From Patescibacteria group bacterium (lineage in GTDB: Bacteria; Patescibacteriota; Microgenomatia; UBA8517), in assembly GCA_038061225.1 (NCBI GenBank), contig JBBTZT010000003.1:1-58976 (forward strand): a stretch of 58,976 nt of DNA, written 5' to 3'. Shown in pieces: positions 46,457 through 56,337 of this stretch (the first letter of the stretch is position 1; the number at the start of each line of letters is the position of its first letter). Below the pieces are notes generated by a model. It worked only from the letters and a program-made list of their open reading frames with translations, was not told the origin of the DNA and made no database searches. Position numbers and translations under genes: made by a program.

Positions 46457-46738
46457 ATGTCAAGAAGCTCTAAAAAAGGACCATATGTAGATGAAAGACT
46501 TTTAAAAAAGTTAGAAAAGGGCATGGGTCAAAAAGAGAATCCAATAAAAACATGGTCAAGAGCATGCCAAATTCCACCAGAATTTGTCAACAAATACTTT
46601 ACCGTTCATAACGGCAAAGTATTTATAGATGTTTTTGTTAGTGAAGATATGGTTGGACATACTTTAGGAGAATTTTCACCAACAAGAACATTTAAAGGAC
46701 ATGGAGAAGTTGTCAAACGTACGATGGACAAAACATAA
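46457..46738 (+). CDS. rpsS: 30S ribosomal protein uS19
   Basis: [21 protein letters not shown]. Confidence 0.99.
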   Translation: MSRSSKKGPYVDERLLKKLEKGMGQKENPIKTWSRACQIPPEFVNKYFTVHNGKVFIDVFVSEDMVGHTLGEFSPTRTFKGHGEVVKRTMDKT

Positions 46739-46759
46739 GCAAAGCTTGTATATATCAAA

Positions 46760-47107
46760 ATGGAATTTAAATCTGAACAAAAATATTTAATACTTAGCCC
46801 TCGTAAAATCAGGCCGGTAATTGATGTTATTAAAAAAATGACACCTGCTAAAGCTTTGGAAAAGTTACCATTTATTAAAAAAAGAGCATCAGAATTTATT
46901 TTAAAGGTAATTAAATCAGCGCTTGCTAATGCAAGTCAAAAAGGAATAAGTGCAGAAGATTTGATTTTTAAAGAAATTCAAATTGGTGAAGGACCAAGAC
47001 TTAAAAGAGGTCAACCTGTATCACGTGGAAGATGGCATCCTATAAAGAAAAGAATGAGTCATATCAAAGTTATATTAGAAAGTAAAAAAAATGGGACAAA
47101 AAGTTAA
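46760..47107 (+). CDS. rplV: 50S ribosomal protein uL22
   Basis: SPRKIR, EGPRLKR, KRMSHI. Confidence 0.97.
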   Translation: MEFKSEQKYLILSPRKIRPVIDVIKKMTPAKALEKLPFIKKRASEFILKVIKSALANASQKGISAEDLIFKEIQIGEGPRLKRGQPVSRGRWHPIKKRMSHIKVILESKKNGTKS

Positions 47108-47726
47108 CCCAATTGGTTTTAGAACAGGCAGAATGACTGGATGGAAATCTAGGTGGTTTTCTGATAGTGGTGTTTATAAAGATTTATTACTTGAGGATTT
47201 TGCAGTAAGAAAAGAATTAATGAAAAAGTTAGCATCTGCAGGAATTGTTGGAGTCGAAATTGAAAGACAACCAAAAAGCATTGTAATAATTGTTACAGTA
47301 TCAAGACCTGGTATTGTGATAGGAAGAGGAGGATCAGGAATTGAAGACTTGAAGAAATTTATAATCTCAATTTTAAAATCTAAACATCAAAAAATTGATC
47401 TTAAGGTAAATGAAGTAAAAAGTCCCGAACTATCTGCTTATTTAGTTGCAGAAAGAGTTGCACAGGATTTGGAAAGAAGAATTCCACACAGAAGGTCTGT
47501 AACAAAATCAATGGAAAGAGTAATGGCTGCAGGAGCAGGAGGAATCAAAATTGTTTTGGGTGGTCGTATTAATGGAGCTGAAATTTCAAGAGTTGAGAAA
47601 TTTCATCAAGGTTCAGTTCCAACACAGACCTTAAGAGAAGATATAGATTATGCAGAGCGCCCAGCTTTAACAAAAAGAGGTTATGTAGGTGTAAAAGTCT
47701 GGATTCATAGAAAGGAACAGAGTTAA
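47091..47726 (+). CDS. rpsC: 30S ribosomal protein uS3
   Basis: [30 protein letters not shown]. Confidence 0.99.
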   Translation: MGQKVNPIGFRTGRMTGWKSRWFSDSGVYKDLLLEDFAVRKELMKKLASAGIVGVEIERQPKSIVIIVTVSRPGIVIGRGGSGIEDLKKFIISILKSKHQKIDLKVNEVKSPELSAYLVAERVAQDLERRIPHRRSVTKSMERVMAAGAGGIKIVLGGRINGAEISRVEKFHQGSVPTQTLREDIDYAERPALTKRGYVGVKVWIHRKEQS

Positions 47727-48130
47727 TGTTACAACCAAAGAAAGAAAAATTTATAAAGAACTTTAGAGGTAGAAGAAGGGGTACCGCACTTCGTGGTAGT
47801 TCTGTTTCCTTCGGAGATTTTGGACTAAAATCATTAGAGGTATCGTGGATAACTGCAGCACAAATTGAAGCTGCTAGAAAAGCAATCTCACATCACCTTA
47901 AAAGAGGTGGAAAAGTCTGGATCAGAATTTTTCCAGATAAACCAGTAAGCGGTCGCGCTGCTGGAAAAAGGATGGGTGGGGGAAAAGGAGATGTTCTAAA
48001 ACATGTAGCCGTTGTTAAACCAGGTAGAATAATGTTTGAAGTCGCTGGAGCACCTGAAAAATTAGTCAAAGAAGCGTTTATAAGAGCAACGGCTAAACTA
48101 CCTGTTGCAACTAGAATGGTTATGAAATAA
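47726..48130 (+). CDS. rplP: 50S ribosomal protein uL16
   Basis: MLQPK, QIEAAR, RMGGGKG. Confidence 0.99.
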   Translation: MLQPKKEKFIKNFRGRRRGTALRGSSVSFGDFGLKSLEVSWITAAQIEAARKAISHHLKRGGKVWIRIFPDKPVSGRAAGKRMGGGKGDVLKHVAVVKPGRIMFEVAGAPEKLVKEAFIRATAKLPVATRMVMK

Positions 48131-48334
48131 ATGAAAATTAAAGAATTTAATAGTTTAAAAAGTGAGGAGATAAAGAAATTAGAAGATCTAGTTTCTAAAA
48201 AGAGGCTTCTTCTTTTAAAAAATGCTGTTAAAATTGCAGCTGGTAAGGAAAAGAATTTAAAACAGGCATGGAGTCAAAGAAAAGAAATAGCTCAAATTTT
48301 AACTATACTTAAGGAGAAAGAATTAAAAAAATGA
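48131..48334 (+). CDS. rpmC: 50S ribosomal protein uL29
   Basis: RKEIAQILTIL; operon position. Confidence 0.88.
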   Translation: MKIKEFNSLKSEEIKKLEDLVSKKRLLLLKNAVKIAAGKEKNLKQAWSQRKEIAQILTILKEKELKK

Positions 48335-48552
48335 AATTTTATAAAGGCAAAATAATTAGTATGAAAATGGCAAAAACCATTACTGTTGAAGTGGAAAGAT
48401 TATTAGCTCATCCTATTTATAAAAAAAGGTTTAAAAGAAGTAAAAAATATCACGTTCATAGTGAAAAAGAACATAAACTGGGTGAAGTAATTAGATTTAT
48501 TGAGACTCGTCCAGTAAGTAAATCAAAAAGATGGAAGGAGGTTACTAAATAA
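48331..48552 (+). CDS. rpsQ: 30S ribosomal protein uS17
   Basis: HPIYKK...KYHVH, ETRPVSKSKRW. Confidence 0.97.
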   Translation: MKFYKGKIISMKMAKTITVEVERLLAHPIYKKRFKRSKKYHVHSEKEHKLGEVIRFIETRPVSKSKRWKEVTK

Positions 48553-48917
48553 TGGTACAACTAAGATCATATTTAGTTCCCGCTGATAATTCTGGAGCTA
48601 AAAAATTAATGGTAATTGGAGTTCCTGGAAGAATTGGTAAAATTGCAACTTTAGGGGATGTAGTTTTGTGTGTTGTTAAAGGTTGTGATCCAAATGGTGC
48701 AATAAAAGATCATGAAAAAGTAAAAGTATTGATTGTAAGAACAAGAAAAGAAGTTGGTAGATTTGATGGAACTTATATCAGATTTGATGATAATGCAGGA
48801 GTAGTAATTGATAAACAGGGATTACTTTTAGGTACTCGTGTGTTAGGACCAATTGCAAGAGAAGTTAAAGAAGCAGGATTTAATAAAATAGCATCATTAT
48901 CAAGGGAAGTAGTTTAA
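48552..48917 (+). CDS. rplN: 50S ribosomal protein uL14
   Basis: ADNSGAK, IRFDDNA, GTRVLGPIARE. Confidence 0.99.
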   Translation: MVQLRSYLVPADNSGAKKLMVIGVPGRIGKIATLGDVVLCVVKGCDPNGAIKDHEKVKVLIVRTRKEVGRFDGTYIRFDDNAGVVIDKQGLLLGTRVLGPIAREVKEAGFNKIASLSREVV

Positions 48918-48969
48918 ATATAAGCGGAGCTTGTAATATAAATATAAGCGGAGCTTGTAATATAAATAT
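48916..48969 (+). repeat. 24-bp tandem duplication carrying the ATAAGC-GGA-GCTTG mini-hairpin
   Basis: aaatataagcggagcttgtaatat x2 plus a partial third unit, between rplN and rplX. Confidence 0.9.
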
Positions 48970-48970
48970 T

Positions 48971-49273
48971 ATGAAATTTAAAATAGGAGATACAGTTAAA
49001 ATAACGATAGGCAAAGACAAGGGTAAAGAGGGTAAAATCGAAAGAATAATACCCAAGAAAAATACAGTTGTTGTAGCTGAAGTTAATATGTATAAAAAGC
49101 ATGTTAAAGGTTCACAGGGGCAAAAGGGAGGAATCTATGATATTCCAAGACCTCTAAATTTAGCTAAAATTGCTTTAATTTGTCCTAATTGCAAAAAAAT
49201 AACTAGAGTTGGTTTTAAAATTGAAAAAGAAACAAAAATAAGGTTTTGTAGAAAGTGTGGAAAACAAATATGA
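48971..49273 (+). CDS. rplX: 50S ribosomal protein uL24
   Basis: KIGDTV.I..GKDKGK.G. Confidence 0.98.
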   Translation: MKFKIGDTVKITIGKDKGKEGKIERIIPKKNTVVVAEVNMYKKHVKGSQGQKGGIYDIPRPLNLAKIALICPNCKKITRVGFKIEKETKIRFCRKCGKQI

Positions 49274-49815
49274 ATACAAAGAGATTAAAACAAAAATATC
49301 AAGAAGGAATTAAGCAAATACTTAAAGAAGAATTTGTTATTAAAAATGTCATGGCAATACCAAAACTTGTCAAAATTAATATTAACGTGGGAATTGGTGA
49401 TTCTTTGAAAAATAAAGAATTAAAAGAATCTTTAATTCGTGATTTTTCTTTGATTACAGGACAAAAATTATCTGAAAGAAAAGCTAAAATTTCTGTTGCA
49501 ACCTTCTCAGTTAGAGAAGGAATGGTAGTTGGATTATCAGCAACTTTAAGGGGAGAAAGAATGTATGATTTCTTTGATAAATTCGTTAACATTGTTCTTC
49601 CAAGGCTGCGTGATTTTAGAGGTGTAAAGAAAACAAGTTTTGATAAATCAGGAAATTATACAATTGGACTTACTGATCATACTGTTTTTCCTGAAATTGA
49701 TATAACAAAAGCTGCTCCTGCCCATGGAATGGAAATAACATTTGTAACAGAAGCAGGTTCAATTGAAAAAGGTATGAAATTATTAGAACTTATGGGCATG
49801 CCCTTTGTGAAATAA
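49270..49815 (+). CDS. rplE: 50S ribosomal protein uL5
   Basis: [20 protein letters not shown]; ATG at 49270 forms an ATGA overlap with rplX. Confidence 0.98.
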   Translation: MNTKRLKQKYQEGIKQILKEEFVIKNVMAIPKLVKININVGIGDSLKNKELKESLIRDFSLITGQKLSERKAKISVATFSVREGMVVGLSATLRGERMYDFFDKFVNIVLPRLRDFRGVKKTSFDKSGNYTIGLTDHTVFPEIDITKAAPAHGMEITFVTEAGSIEKGMKLLELMGMPFVK

Positions 49816-49817
49816 AT

Positions 49818-50003
49818 ATGGCAAAAACATCAAAAACAGTTAGAGAAACAAAAAAATTAAAGCATAAAACAATGTATAGAAATAGATGTAGTCTTTGTGG
49901 AAGACCAAGAGGTTTTATGAGAAAATACGGAATCTGTAGACTCTGTTTTAGAGAACATGCTCTAAAGGGGGAAATTCCAGGAGTACGAAAGGCAAGTTGG
50001 TAA
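49818..50003 (+). CDS. rpsN: 30S ribosomal protein uS14 (Zn-binding type)
   Basis: CSLCGRPR...ICRLCFRE...PGVRKASW. Confidence 0.99.
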   Translation: MAKTSKTVRETKKLKHKTMYRNRCSLCGRPRGFMRKYGICRLCFREHALKGEIPGVRKASW

Positions 50004-50004
50004 G

Positions 50005-50382
50005 ATGACAAACTATCATATAGCAGATTTTTTAATACGACTTAAGAATGCTTCCATGGCAAATATTAAGGAGTTAACCATGCCTACAACTAATTTAATT
50101 AACGCTGTGGCAAAAACATTAAAAGATGAGAAATTTTTAAATGAAGTAACTATTAAAGATAAAAAAATAACAGTACAACTTGCAATTTATATGAAAAAAC
50201 CAGTTCTTTCAAACGTAACTATAATTTCAAGACCAGGTCTAAGAATCTATATGAATGCAGACCAAATTGAAGCAATCAAAACACCTGAAGTTTATATTAT
50301 AAATACGAATTCAGGAGTTATGTCTGGAAAACAAGCAATTAAAAAACGACTAGGTGGAGAGGTAATAGCAAAGGTAATTTAA
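50005..50382 (+). CDS. rpsH: 30S ribosomal protein uS8
   Basis: IADFLIRLKNA, ISRPGLRIY, GGEV. Confidence 0.98.
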   Translation: MTNYHIADFLIRLKNASMANIKELTMPTTNLINAVAKTLKDEKFLNEVTIKDKKITVQLAIYMKKPVLSNVTIISRPGLRIYMNADQIEAIKTPEVYIINTNSGVMSGKQAIKKRLGGEVIAKVI

Positions 50383-50383
50383 C

Positions 50384-50932
50384 ATGAGTAAGGTAGGACA
50401 ACAACCAATAGAAATACCATCAGGAGTAACTGTTGAAATAAACGGTAGTCTTGTCAGTGTTTCTGGTCCAAAGGGTAAATTAGAAACAAGTTTTAAGAAA
50501 GATTTAATTGATATTAAGGTTGATGAAAATAAAATACTAGTTACTCCTAAAAAGAAAAGTAAAATAGCAAGATCAATTTGGGGTACAACTAGAATGTTGA
50601 TTGCAAATAACGTTAAAGGTGTAACAGAAGGTTGGAAAAAACAACTTGAATTAGTAGGAACTGGATATAGATCAGAAGTAGCTGGAAATACTTTGGTTCT
50701 GGCAATAGGATATTCCCATCCTGTTAAGGTTGAAGCTCCAGAGGGAATTACCTTTAAAGTAGAAAAAAGTGTTATAAATGTAGAAGGAATTGACAAACAA
50801 GTAGTTGGACAAGTCTCAGCTGACATAAGAAGTTGCCGACCACCAGAACCATATAAAGGAAAAGGTGTTAAATATGTTGGTGAGGTAATTAGAAGAAAGG
50901 CAGGAAAGGCGGCAAAAACAGCAACTGCATAA
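50384..50932 (+). CDS. rplF: 50S ribosomal protein uL6
   Basis: [22 protein letters not shown]. Confidence 0.99.
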   Translation: MSKVGQQPIEIPSGVTVEINGSLVSVSGPKGKLETSFKKDLIDIKVDENKILVTPKKKSKIARSIWGTTRMLIANNVKGVTEGWKKQLELVGTGYRSEVAGNTLVLAIGYSHPVKVEAPEGITFKVEKSVINVEGIDKQVVGQVSADIRSCRPPEPYKGKGVKYVGEVIRRKAGKAAKTATA

Positions 50933-50942
50933 ACAAACAATT

Positions 50943-51215
50943 ATGAAAAGAAAAATTATAGGTACAACTGATAGACCAAGGCTTAGTGTCTTTAGATCAA
51001 ATAAGATGCTTTATGCTCAAATTATTAATGATGAAAAGGGAATAACTTTAGTGTCTGAAAAAGGTAAAGGTGGTAAAGAAGTGGGGCTTAAAATTGCCCA
51101 AAAAGCGGTTAAAAAGAAAGTTAAAAAGATAGTTTTTGATAAAAGTGGTTATGCGTATCACGGTAAAATAAAAGCTATTGCTGAAGGAGCTAGAGAAGGA
51201 GGTTTAGATTTTTAA
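50943..51215 (+). CDS. rplR: 50S ribosomal protein uL18 (short)
   Basis: [33 protein letters not shown]. Confidence 0.97.
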   Translation: MKRKIIGTTDRPRLSVFRSNKMLYAQIINDEKGITLVSEKGKGGKEVGLKIAQKAVKKKVKKIVFDKSGYAYHGKIKAIAEGAREGGLDF

Positions 51216-51700
51216 TGGATTATCAACGACCAGAAAAAGAATTTAACGAGACAGTAGTTCAAATCAATAGGATTTCAAAGAAAACTAAGGGTGGAAATCA
51301 AGTAAGATTTGGGGCTGTAGTTGTATTGGGAGATAGAAAAGGAAAAGTAGGAGTTGGTAATTCTAAGGCAACTGATGTCAGAAATGCTATAAGAAAAGCA
51401 ATTGAGGATGCCAAGAAAAAAATGATAACAATTACAATGAGAGGTACAACAATTCCCTATTCGGTAATCGTCAAATTGGGGGCATCAAAAGTAATGCTCA
51501 AACCAGCTCCTCCCGGATCGGGTGTTATTGCAGGAGGTCCTATGAGAATTGTACTTGAGTCAGCTGGAGTTAGAGATGTTGTTGGTAAAACAATGGGAAG
51601 TAATAACAAAATATCAAATGTCAGGGCTACTATTTTAGCACTAGAAAAAACATCAGAGTTGTTAGAAAAGAAAGATTTCATGAAAGGAAAAAACAAATAA
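51215..51700 (+). CDS. rpsE: 30S ribosomal protein uS5
   Basis: RISKKTKGG, PAPPGSGVIAGG. Confidence 0.98.
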   Translation: MDYQRPEKEFNETVVQINRISKKTKGGNQVRFGAVVVLGDRKGKVGVGNSKATDVRNAIRKAIEDAKKKMITITMRGTTIPYSVIVKLGASKVMLKPAPPGSGVIAGGPMRIVLESAGVRDVVGKTMGSNNKISNVRATILALEKTSELLEKKDFMKGKNK

Positions 51701-51918
51701 TGGCAAAAAGATTAGGTCGAGGATATGGCAGTGGCAAAGGTGGACATACATCTGGAAGGGGTCAAAAAGGACAAAAATCGAGAACAAATATCCACATACT
51801 GTTTGAAGGTTTGAAAGTTAAAAAATCTACACTTAAAAAGTTTCCACTCTTAAGAGGAAAGGGTAAATTTCTAGCCAAACCTAAAGCAAAAGAAAGATAT
51901 ATTAGTAAGAATGCCTAA
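51700..51918 (+). CDS. rplO: 50S ribosomal protein uL15, truncated (72 aa)
   Basis: KRLGRGYGSGKGGHTSGRGQKGQKSR...FEG. The C-terminal globular domain is absent and secY starts inside the 3' end. Confidence 0.9.
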   Translation: MAKRLGRGYGSGKGGHTSGRGQKGQKSRTNIHILFEGLKVKKSTLKKFPLLRGKGKFLAKPKAKERYISKNA

Positions 51919-53191
51919 TAATATTGCCCAATTTTTTAAAAAAATTTTTTTAAGTACACGCTTAAGAAAAAAAATATTAGTAACAGCACTAGCCTTAATA
52001 GTTTTTAGAATTGCTGCTCATATACCTGCAGCTGGGATAGATAAAGGTAGTTTATCGGCTTTATTTTCAGGAAGTCCATTATTATCTCTTTTGGATGTTT
52101 TTTCGGGTGGAACTCTTGCTAATTTTTCAATTATGGCATTAGGACTTAATCCTTATATTAATGCCTCTATTATTTTACAAATTTTAGGATATATTGTTCC
52201 TCATCTTGAAGAATTGCAAAAGGAAGGAGAATATGGACAAGAAAAAATCAATCAATACACAAGATTGTTAACGGTTCCACTTGCCATAATGCAAAGTTTT
52301 GGTATGTATGCTCTTCTTAAATCTCAGTCAATAATTGGTAATTTGGCTATTTTGGATCTTATTTTTCTTTGTTTGACAATGACTGCAGGAACGATGCTTG
52401 CTGTCTGGCTTGGAGATATGATTACCGAATATGCTTTTAAAAGTGGTATATCATTCTTAATTTTTGTAGGTATTATTTCAAGACTCCCAATAACTTTAGG
52501 GCAAACAATATCAACCTTTGAAAGCCAAAATATTTTAAAACTTGTAATTTTTGCAGTAGTAGCTCTTGCTGTTATGGCAATGATTATTTTTGTAAATGAA
52601 GCTATAAGACAGATTCCAATTAGTTATGCTAAAGCTGCAAGGGGACTAAAACAAGCCCAATCCTATCTCCCACTCCGTCTAAATCAAGCAGGAGTTATAC
52701 CAATTATTTTTGCTGTATCTTTAGTACTTATGCCATCCATGCTTTCCCAATTTTTAGCAACTAGTAATAATCAAGTTTTAATAAATATAACAACTGCGAT
52801 CCAGAGGTTTTTTAGCCCAGCATCTGTTTCTTACAATATAACATATTTCTTATTAGTTGTAGGTTTTACATTTTTCTATACATCTGTTGTTTTTAATCCT
52901 GAAAAAATTGCAGAAAATTTGCAAAAATCAGGAGGATTTATTCCAGGAATTCGTCCAGGAACATCAACTATTAAGTATTTAACTTTTGTCTTAAATAGAA
53001 TTACTGTTGTAGGCGCTGTATTTTTAGGTTTAGTTGCAGTTTTACCATCTTTAGTTCAAGGTACAATTGGTATTTCAAACTTGGCAATAGGTGGAACTGG
53101 AGCACTAATAGTAATTTCAGTAGTTCTTGAAATAATCCGTGAAATTGAAGGAGATTTGTTAATGAGTAAGTATGAAGGATATACAAAATGA
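51911..53191 (+). CDS. secY: Preprotein translocase SecY
   Basis: FSIMALGLNPYINASII, PLRLNQAGVIPIIFA, GFIPGIRPG. Confidence 0.99.
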   Translation: MPNNIAQFFKKIFLSTRLRKKILVTALALIVFRIAAHIPAAGIDKGSLSALFSGSPLLSLLDVFSGGTLANFSIMALGLNPYINASIILQILGYIVPHLEELQKEGEYGQEKINQYTRLLTVPLAIMQSFGMYALLKSQSIIGNLAILDLIFLCLTMTAGTMLAVWLGDMITEYAFKSGISFLIFVGIISRLPITLGQTISTFESQNILKLVIFAVVALAVMAMIIFVNEAIRQIPISYAKAARGLKQAQSYLPLRLNQAGVIPIIFAVSLVLMPSMLSQFLATSNNQVLINITTAIQRFFSPASVSYNITYFLLVVGFTFFYTSVVFNPEKIAENLQKSGGFIPGIRPGTSTIKYLTFVLNRITVVGAVFLGLVAVLPSLVQGTIGISNLAIGGTGALIVISVVLEIIREIEGDLLMSKYEGYTK

Positions 53192-53757
53192 ATATAGTGC
53201 TTTTTGGTCCACAAGGTTCAGGTAAAGGAACACAAGCCCTTCTTTTATGTCAAAAATATGGACTTTTTTATTTTGAGTCGGGTGCATATTTAAGAAAGGT
53301 TGCAGAAACAAACCCTGATTTAAAAAAATCTCTTGATCTAGGTAATCTTGTTCCAGATAAAGAGATGACATCTTATTTGACAGCTTTCTTTGATGAAAAA
53401 AATTTATACGATGATATATTATTTGATGGGTTTCCAAGAACTATAGAACAGTATTATTTTTTTAAAAAATGGTTAGTTGGAAAACAAGTTAAATTAGATT
53501 TGGGAATTGTTTTAGAAATAAGTGAAGAAGAAACGATAAAAAGACTTTTACTTAGAAAAAGAGATGATGATACTCCAGAAGCAATCAAAAAAAGACTTCT
53601 ACTTTATAGGAACAGGACGGAAGTATTAATTAATGAAATCAAAAAAGATACGAAGGTGATTGAAGTTAACGGTGAAAGATCGATACAAGCTATTCAAAAA
53701 GATCTAATCTCTATCATCGAAGATGTAAAAATTGTAGAAGGTATTAAAAATGGATAA
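53188..53757 (+). CDS. adk: Adenylate kinase (short LID)
   Basis: GPQGSGKGTQ, DGFPR, R.DD. Confidence 0.95.
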   Translation: MNIVLFGPQGSGKGTQALLLCQKYGLFYFESGAYLRKVAETNPDLKKSLDLGNLVPDKEMTSYLTAFFDEKNLYDDILFDGFPRTIEQYYFFKKWLVGKQVKLDLGIVLEISEEETIKRLLLRKRDDDTPEAIKKRLLLYRNRTEVLINEIKKDTKVIEVNGERSIQAIQKDLISIIEDVKIVEGIKNG

Positions 53758-54508
53758 TTTTTCACTTAAGACTCCAGAAGAATTGGAATTAATGATAGAA
53801 GGAGGTAAAAAACTTTCTGAAATCAAACATATTTTAGTTAAAGAAGTTAAAGAGGGTGTTTCTGCTTTAGATTTAGACATTTTAGCTGAAAAGTTAATTT
53901 TAGAAAAAGGAGGTAAACCTTCCTTTAAGATGGTAGATGGTTACTCATGGTCAACCTGTATTAATGTTAACCAAGGTGTAGTACATGGTATCCCTCACAG
54001 AGAAGTTATTTTTAAAAATGGAGATTTAATAAGTATCGATTTGGGAATGTATTATAAGGGGTTTCATACTGATACTTCAGTAAGTACAGCAATTAATCCA
54101 AGTAAAGAAGTAACTAGGTTTTTGAAAATTGGTAAAGATGCTTTTGAAAAAGCAGTTTCTGCAATTATAGCCAACAAAAGTTATATTTATGATATTTCTA
54201 AAGAAATGGAATCAGTACTGTATAAGAATAATTACTCACCCATTTTAGATTTAACGGGTCATGGGATAGGTAAAAATTTACATGAAAATCCACATATACC
54301 CTGTTATACATCGGGACTTAGAGTTGAAACTGAAAAAATAGTCCCTGGTATGGCATTGGCTGTTGAAGTTATGTACGCATTAGGAAAACCAGATTTAGCT
54401 AAAGAAAAAGATGGCTGGACAATCGTAACTCAGGATGGTAAAATAGCAGGGCTTTTTGAAGATACTATTATAGTTACTGAGAAAGGCAGGAAGATAGTCA
54501 CACAGTGA
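53750..54508 (+). CDS. map: Methionine aminopeptidase type I
   Basis: VVHGIP, SIDLG, HTDT, GHGIG..LHE.P, E..FEDT. Confidence 0.97.
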   Translation: MDNFSLKTPEELELMIEGGKKLSEIKHILVKEVKEGVSALDLDILAEKLILEKGGKPSFKMVDGYSWSTCINVNQGVVHGIPHREVIFKNGDLISIDLGMYYKGFHTDTSVSTAINPSKEVTRFLKIGKDAFEKAVSAIIANKSYIYDISKEMESVLYKNNYSPILDLTGHGIGKNLHENPHIPCYTSGLRVETEKIVPGMALAVEVMYALGKPDLAKEKDGWTIVTQDGKIAGLFEDTIIVTEKGRKIVTQ

Positions 54509-54517
54509 CTTTTTTGT

Positions 54518-54751
54518 ATGAATAAGCTTGAAAAGATAAAAAGAGATGGAAGTTATGAAGTTGAAGGTACTGTCACTGAACTTTTACCAAATACAATGTT
54601 TAGAGTGGTGACATCTGATGGGAAAAGCCTACTTACAACCTTAAAAGGTAAGATGCGTAAAGCATATGTCAGAGTTTTTCCTGGAGATAAAGTAAGGGTT
54701 GAAATGACAAAATACGATGAAGATAGGGGAAGGATAGTATATAAATACTAA
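54518..54751 (+). CDS. infA: Translation initiation factor IF-1
   Basis: EGTVTELLPNTMFRV, GDKVRVE. Confidence 0.98.
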   Translation: MNKLEKIKRDGSYEVEGTVTELLPNTMFRVVTSDGKSLLTTLKGKMRKAYVRVFPGDKVRVEMTKYDEDRGRIVYKY

Positions 54752-54771
54752 ATTTAAAATAAATTAGATAT

Positions 54772-54885
54772 ATGAAAGTATTAGCATCAGTAAAACCAAG
54801 ATGTAAAGATTGTAAACTTATTAAAAGAGCAGGAGTGTTGCGTTTGATTTGTAAAAATCCAAGACACAAAGCAAGACAAGGTTAA
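54772..54885 (+). CDS. rpmJ: 50S ribosomal protein bL36 (missed by the ORF track)
   Basis: Manual translation [37 protein letters not shown]. Confidence 0.98.
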   Translation: MKVLASVKPRCKDCKLIKRAGVLRLICKNPRHKARQG

Positions 54886-54890
54886 TATAT

Positions 54891-55292
54891 ATGGCAAGAA
54901 TATCAGGTATTGAATTAAATGATAAATTTAGAGTTGATTATGCTTTAACACAAATCAAAGGCATAGGTTGGACGATGTCTGAAAAAATTATAAAATTTTT
55001 AAAATTGGATCCTTCCAGAAGGATCAAAGACTTGACTGCTGAGGAAATAAATAAAATATCAAACAAAATTGAAGAATTTCCAACAGAGGGAGATTTAGTA
55101 AGAAGAGTTAAGGCAAATATAAACAGACTACAAACAATTGGATCATATAGAGGGATAAGACACAATAAAGGATTACCAACAAGAGGTCAAAGAACAAAAA
55201 CTAATGCTAGAACAAAAAGAGGAAAAAGAAAAACTGTTGGAGCATTCAAAAAAGAAGCTTTAGCAAAAGCAACAGTCGCAGGTAGAAAATAA
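54891..55292 (+). CDS. rpsM: 30S ribosomal protein uS13
   Basis: MARISG, SYRGIRH..GLPTRGQRTKTNART. Confidence 0.99.
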   Translation: MARISGIELNDKFRVDYALTQIKGIGWTMSEKIIKFLKLDPSRRIKDLTAEEINKISNKIEEFPTEGDLVRRVKANINRLQTIGSYRGIRHNKGLPTRGQRTKTNARTKRGKRKTVGAFKKEALAKATVAGRK

Positions 55293-55296
55293 ATAC

Positions 55297-55674
55297 ATGT
55301 CAGTAAAAAAAACTAAACAAAATAAAAATGAAGGACTGGCAAAAATCTATATTTCTGCATCTTTTAATAATACATTAGTAAATATTTGTGATAGTTTAGG
55401 TGGAACTATATCTTGGTGTTCATCAGGCGCATCTGGTTTTAAAGGTACTAGAAAATCAACTCCTTATGCAGCAACAACAGCAATTGAAACCGCAATAAAA
55501 AAGGCTAAAGAAAAAGGAGTAAATGAAGTTGAAATTTATGTTAAAGGTCCAGGGCCAGGAAGAGATGCGGCACTTCGTGCAATTAAAACATCGGGAGTTA
55601 AAATTGCATTAATTGCAGATGTAACACCAATTCCACACAACGGACCAAGACCAAAAAAGAAAAGGAGAGTATAA
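55297..55674 (+). CDS. rpsK: 30S ribosomal protein uS11
   Basis: ASFNNT, GFKGTRKSTPYAA, DVTPIPHNG. Confidence 0.99.
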   Translation: MSVKKTKQNKNEGLAKIYISASFNNTLVNICDSLGGTISWCSSGASGFKGTRKSTPYAATTAIETAIKKAKEKGVNEVEIYVKGPGPGRDAALRAIKTSGVKIALIADVTPIPHNGPRPKKKRRV

Positions 55675-55697
55675 GCAAAGCTTGTATAAATCTAAAG

Positions 55698-56300
55698 ATG
55701 GCAAAATATAATGGACCTAAAGATCGATTATCAAGAAGAGAAGGAATAGATATTTTTGGTAAAGGTGCAAAATTAACAAGACTTAATATCTTACCTGGTG
55801 TTCATGGACCAAAAGGTGCAAAGAGAAATCAATCTCAATATGGTAAACAACTTCGTGAGAAACAAAAAGTAAAAAGAATATATGGAATTTTGGAGAAGCA
55901 ATTTAGAATTTATGTAGAAAAAGCTCTAAAATCAAAAGGTAATACAGGAGAAGCCTTATTAATTTTACTTGAAAAAAGACTTGATAATGTTGTTTATAAA
56001 TTAGGTTTTGCCGAAAGTCGTCCAATGGCAAGGCAATTAGTTTCTCATAGACATATTTTGGTAAATGGTAAGAAATTAAATATACCTTCATATCAAACAG
56101 AAATAGGAGATATAATCTCTTTAACTCCAAAAATCTTAGATAATTCAAATATTAAAAAAGTAATAAGTATAGAGGATTATGAAACACCATCTTGGCTTGT
56201 AAGGAAAGCTATCGTTGGTAAGGTTTCAACTGAACCTAAAAGATCAGATGTAACAGAAATTGTTTCAGAGCAAGATATAGTAGAATTCTACTCAAGATAA
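55698..56300 (+). CDS. rpsD: 30S ribosomal protein uS4
   Basis: LREKQKVK..YG..E, LEKRLDNVVY.LG, ARQLVSH. Confidence 0.99.
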   Translation: MAKYNGPKDRLSRREGIDIFGKGAKLTRLNILPGVHGPKGAKRNQSQYGKQLREKQKVKRIYGILEKQFRIYVEKALKSKGNTGEALLILLEKRLDNVVYKLGFAESRPMARQLVSHRHILVNGKKLNIPSYQTEIGDIISLTPKILDNSNIKKVISIEDYETPSWLVRKAIVGKVSTEPKRSDVTEIVSEQDIVEFYSR

Positions 56301-56332
56301 TGATACAATTCGAAAACCTTTAAGGAGGTGAT
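56301..56332 (+). promoter_or_regulatory. Extended -10 box and full-length Shine-Dalgarno before rpoA
   Basis: TGA-TACAAT at 56301-56309; TAAGGAGGTGAT at 56321-56332, 5 nt before the ATG. Confidence 0.75.
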
Positions 56333-56337
56333 ATTTT

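Noticed and set aside
48916-48969. Possible CRISPR array
   Set aside because: The units are adjacent with no spacers, there are only two copies, and no cas genes are present.
51700-51918. Frameshifted rplO pseudogene
   Set aside because: No remnant of the C-terminal domain is visible in other frames before secY starts, so a natural short form is more likely.
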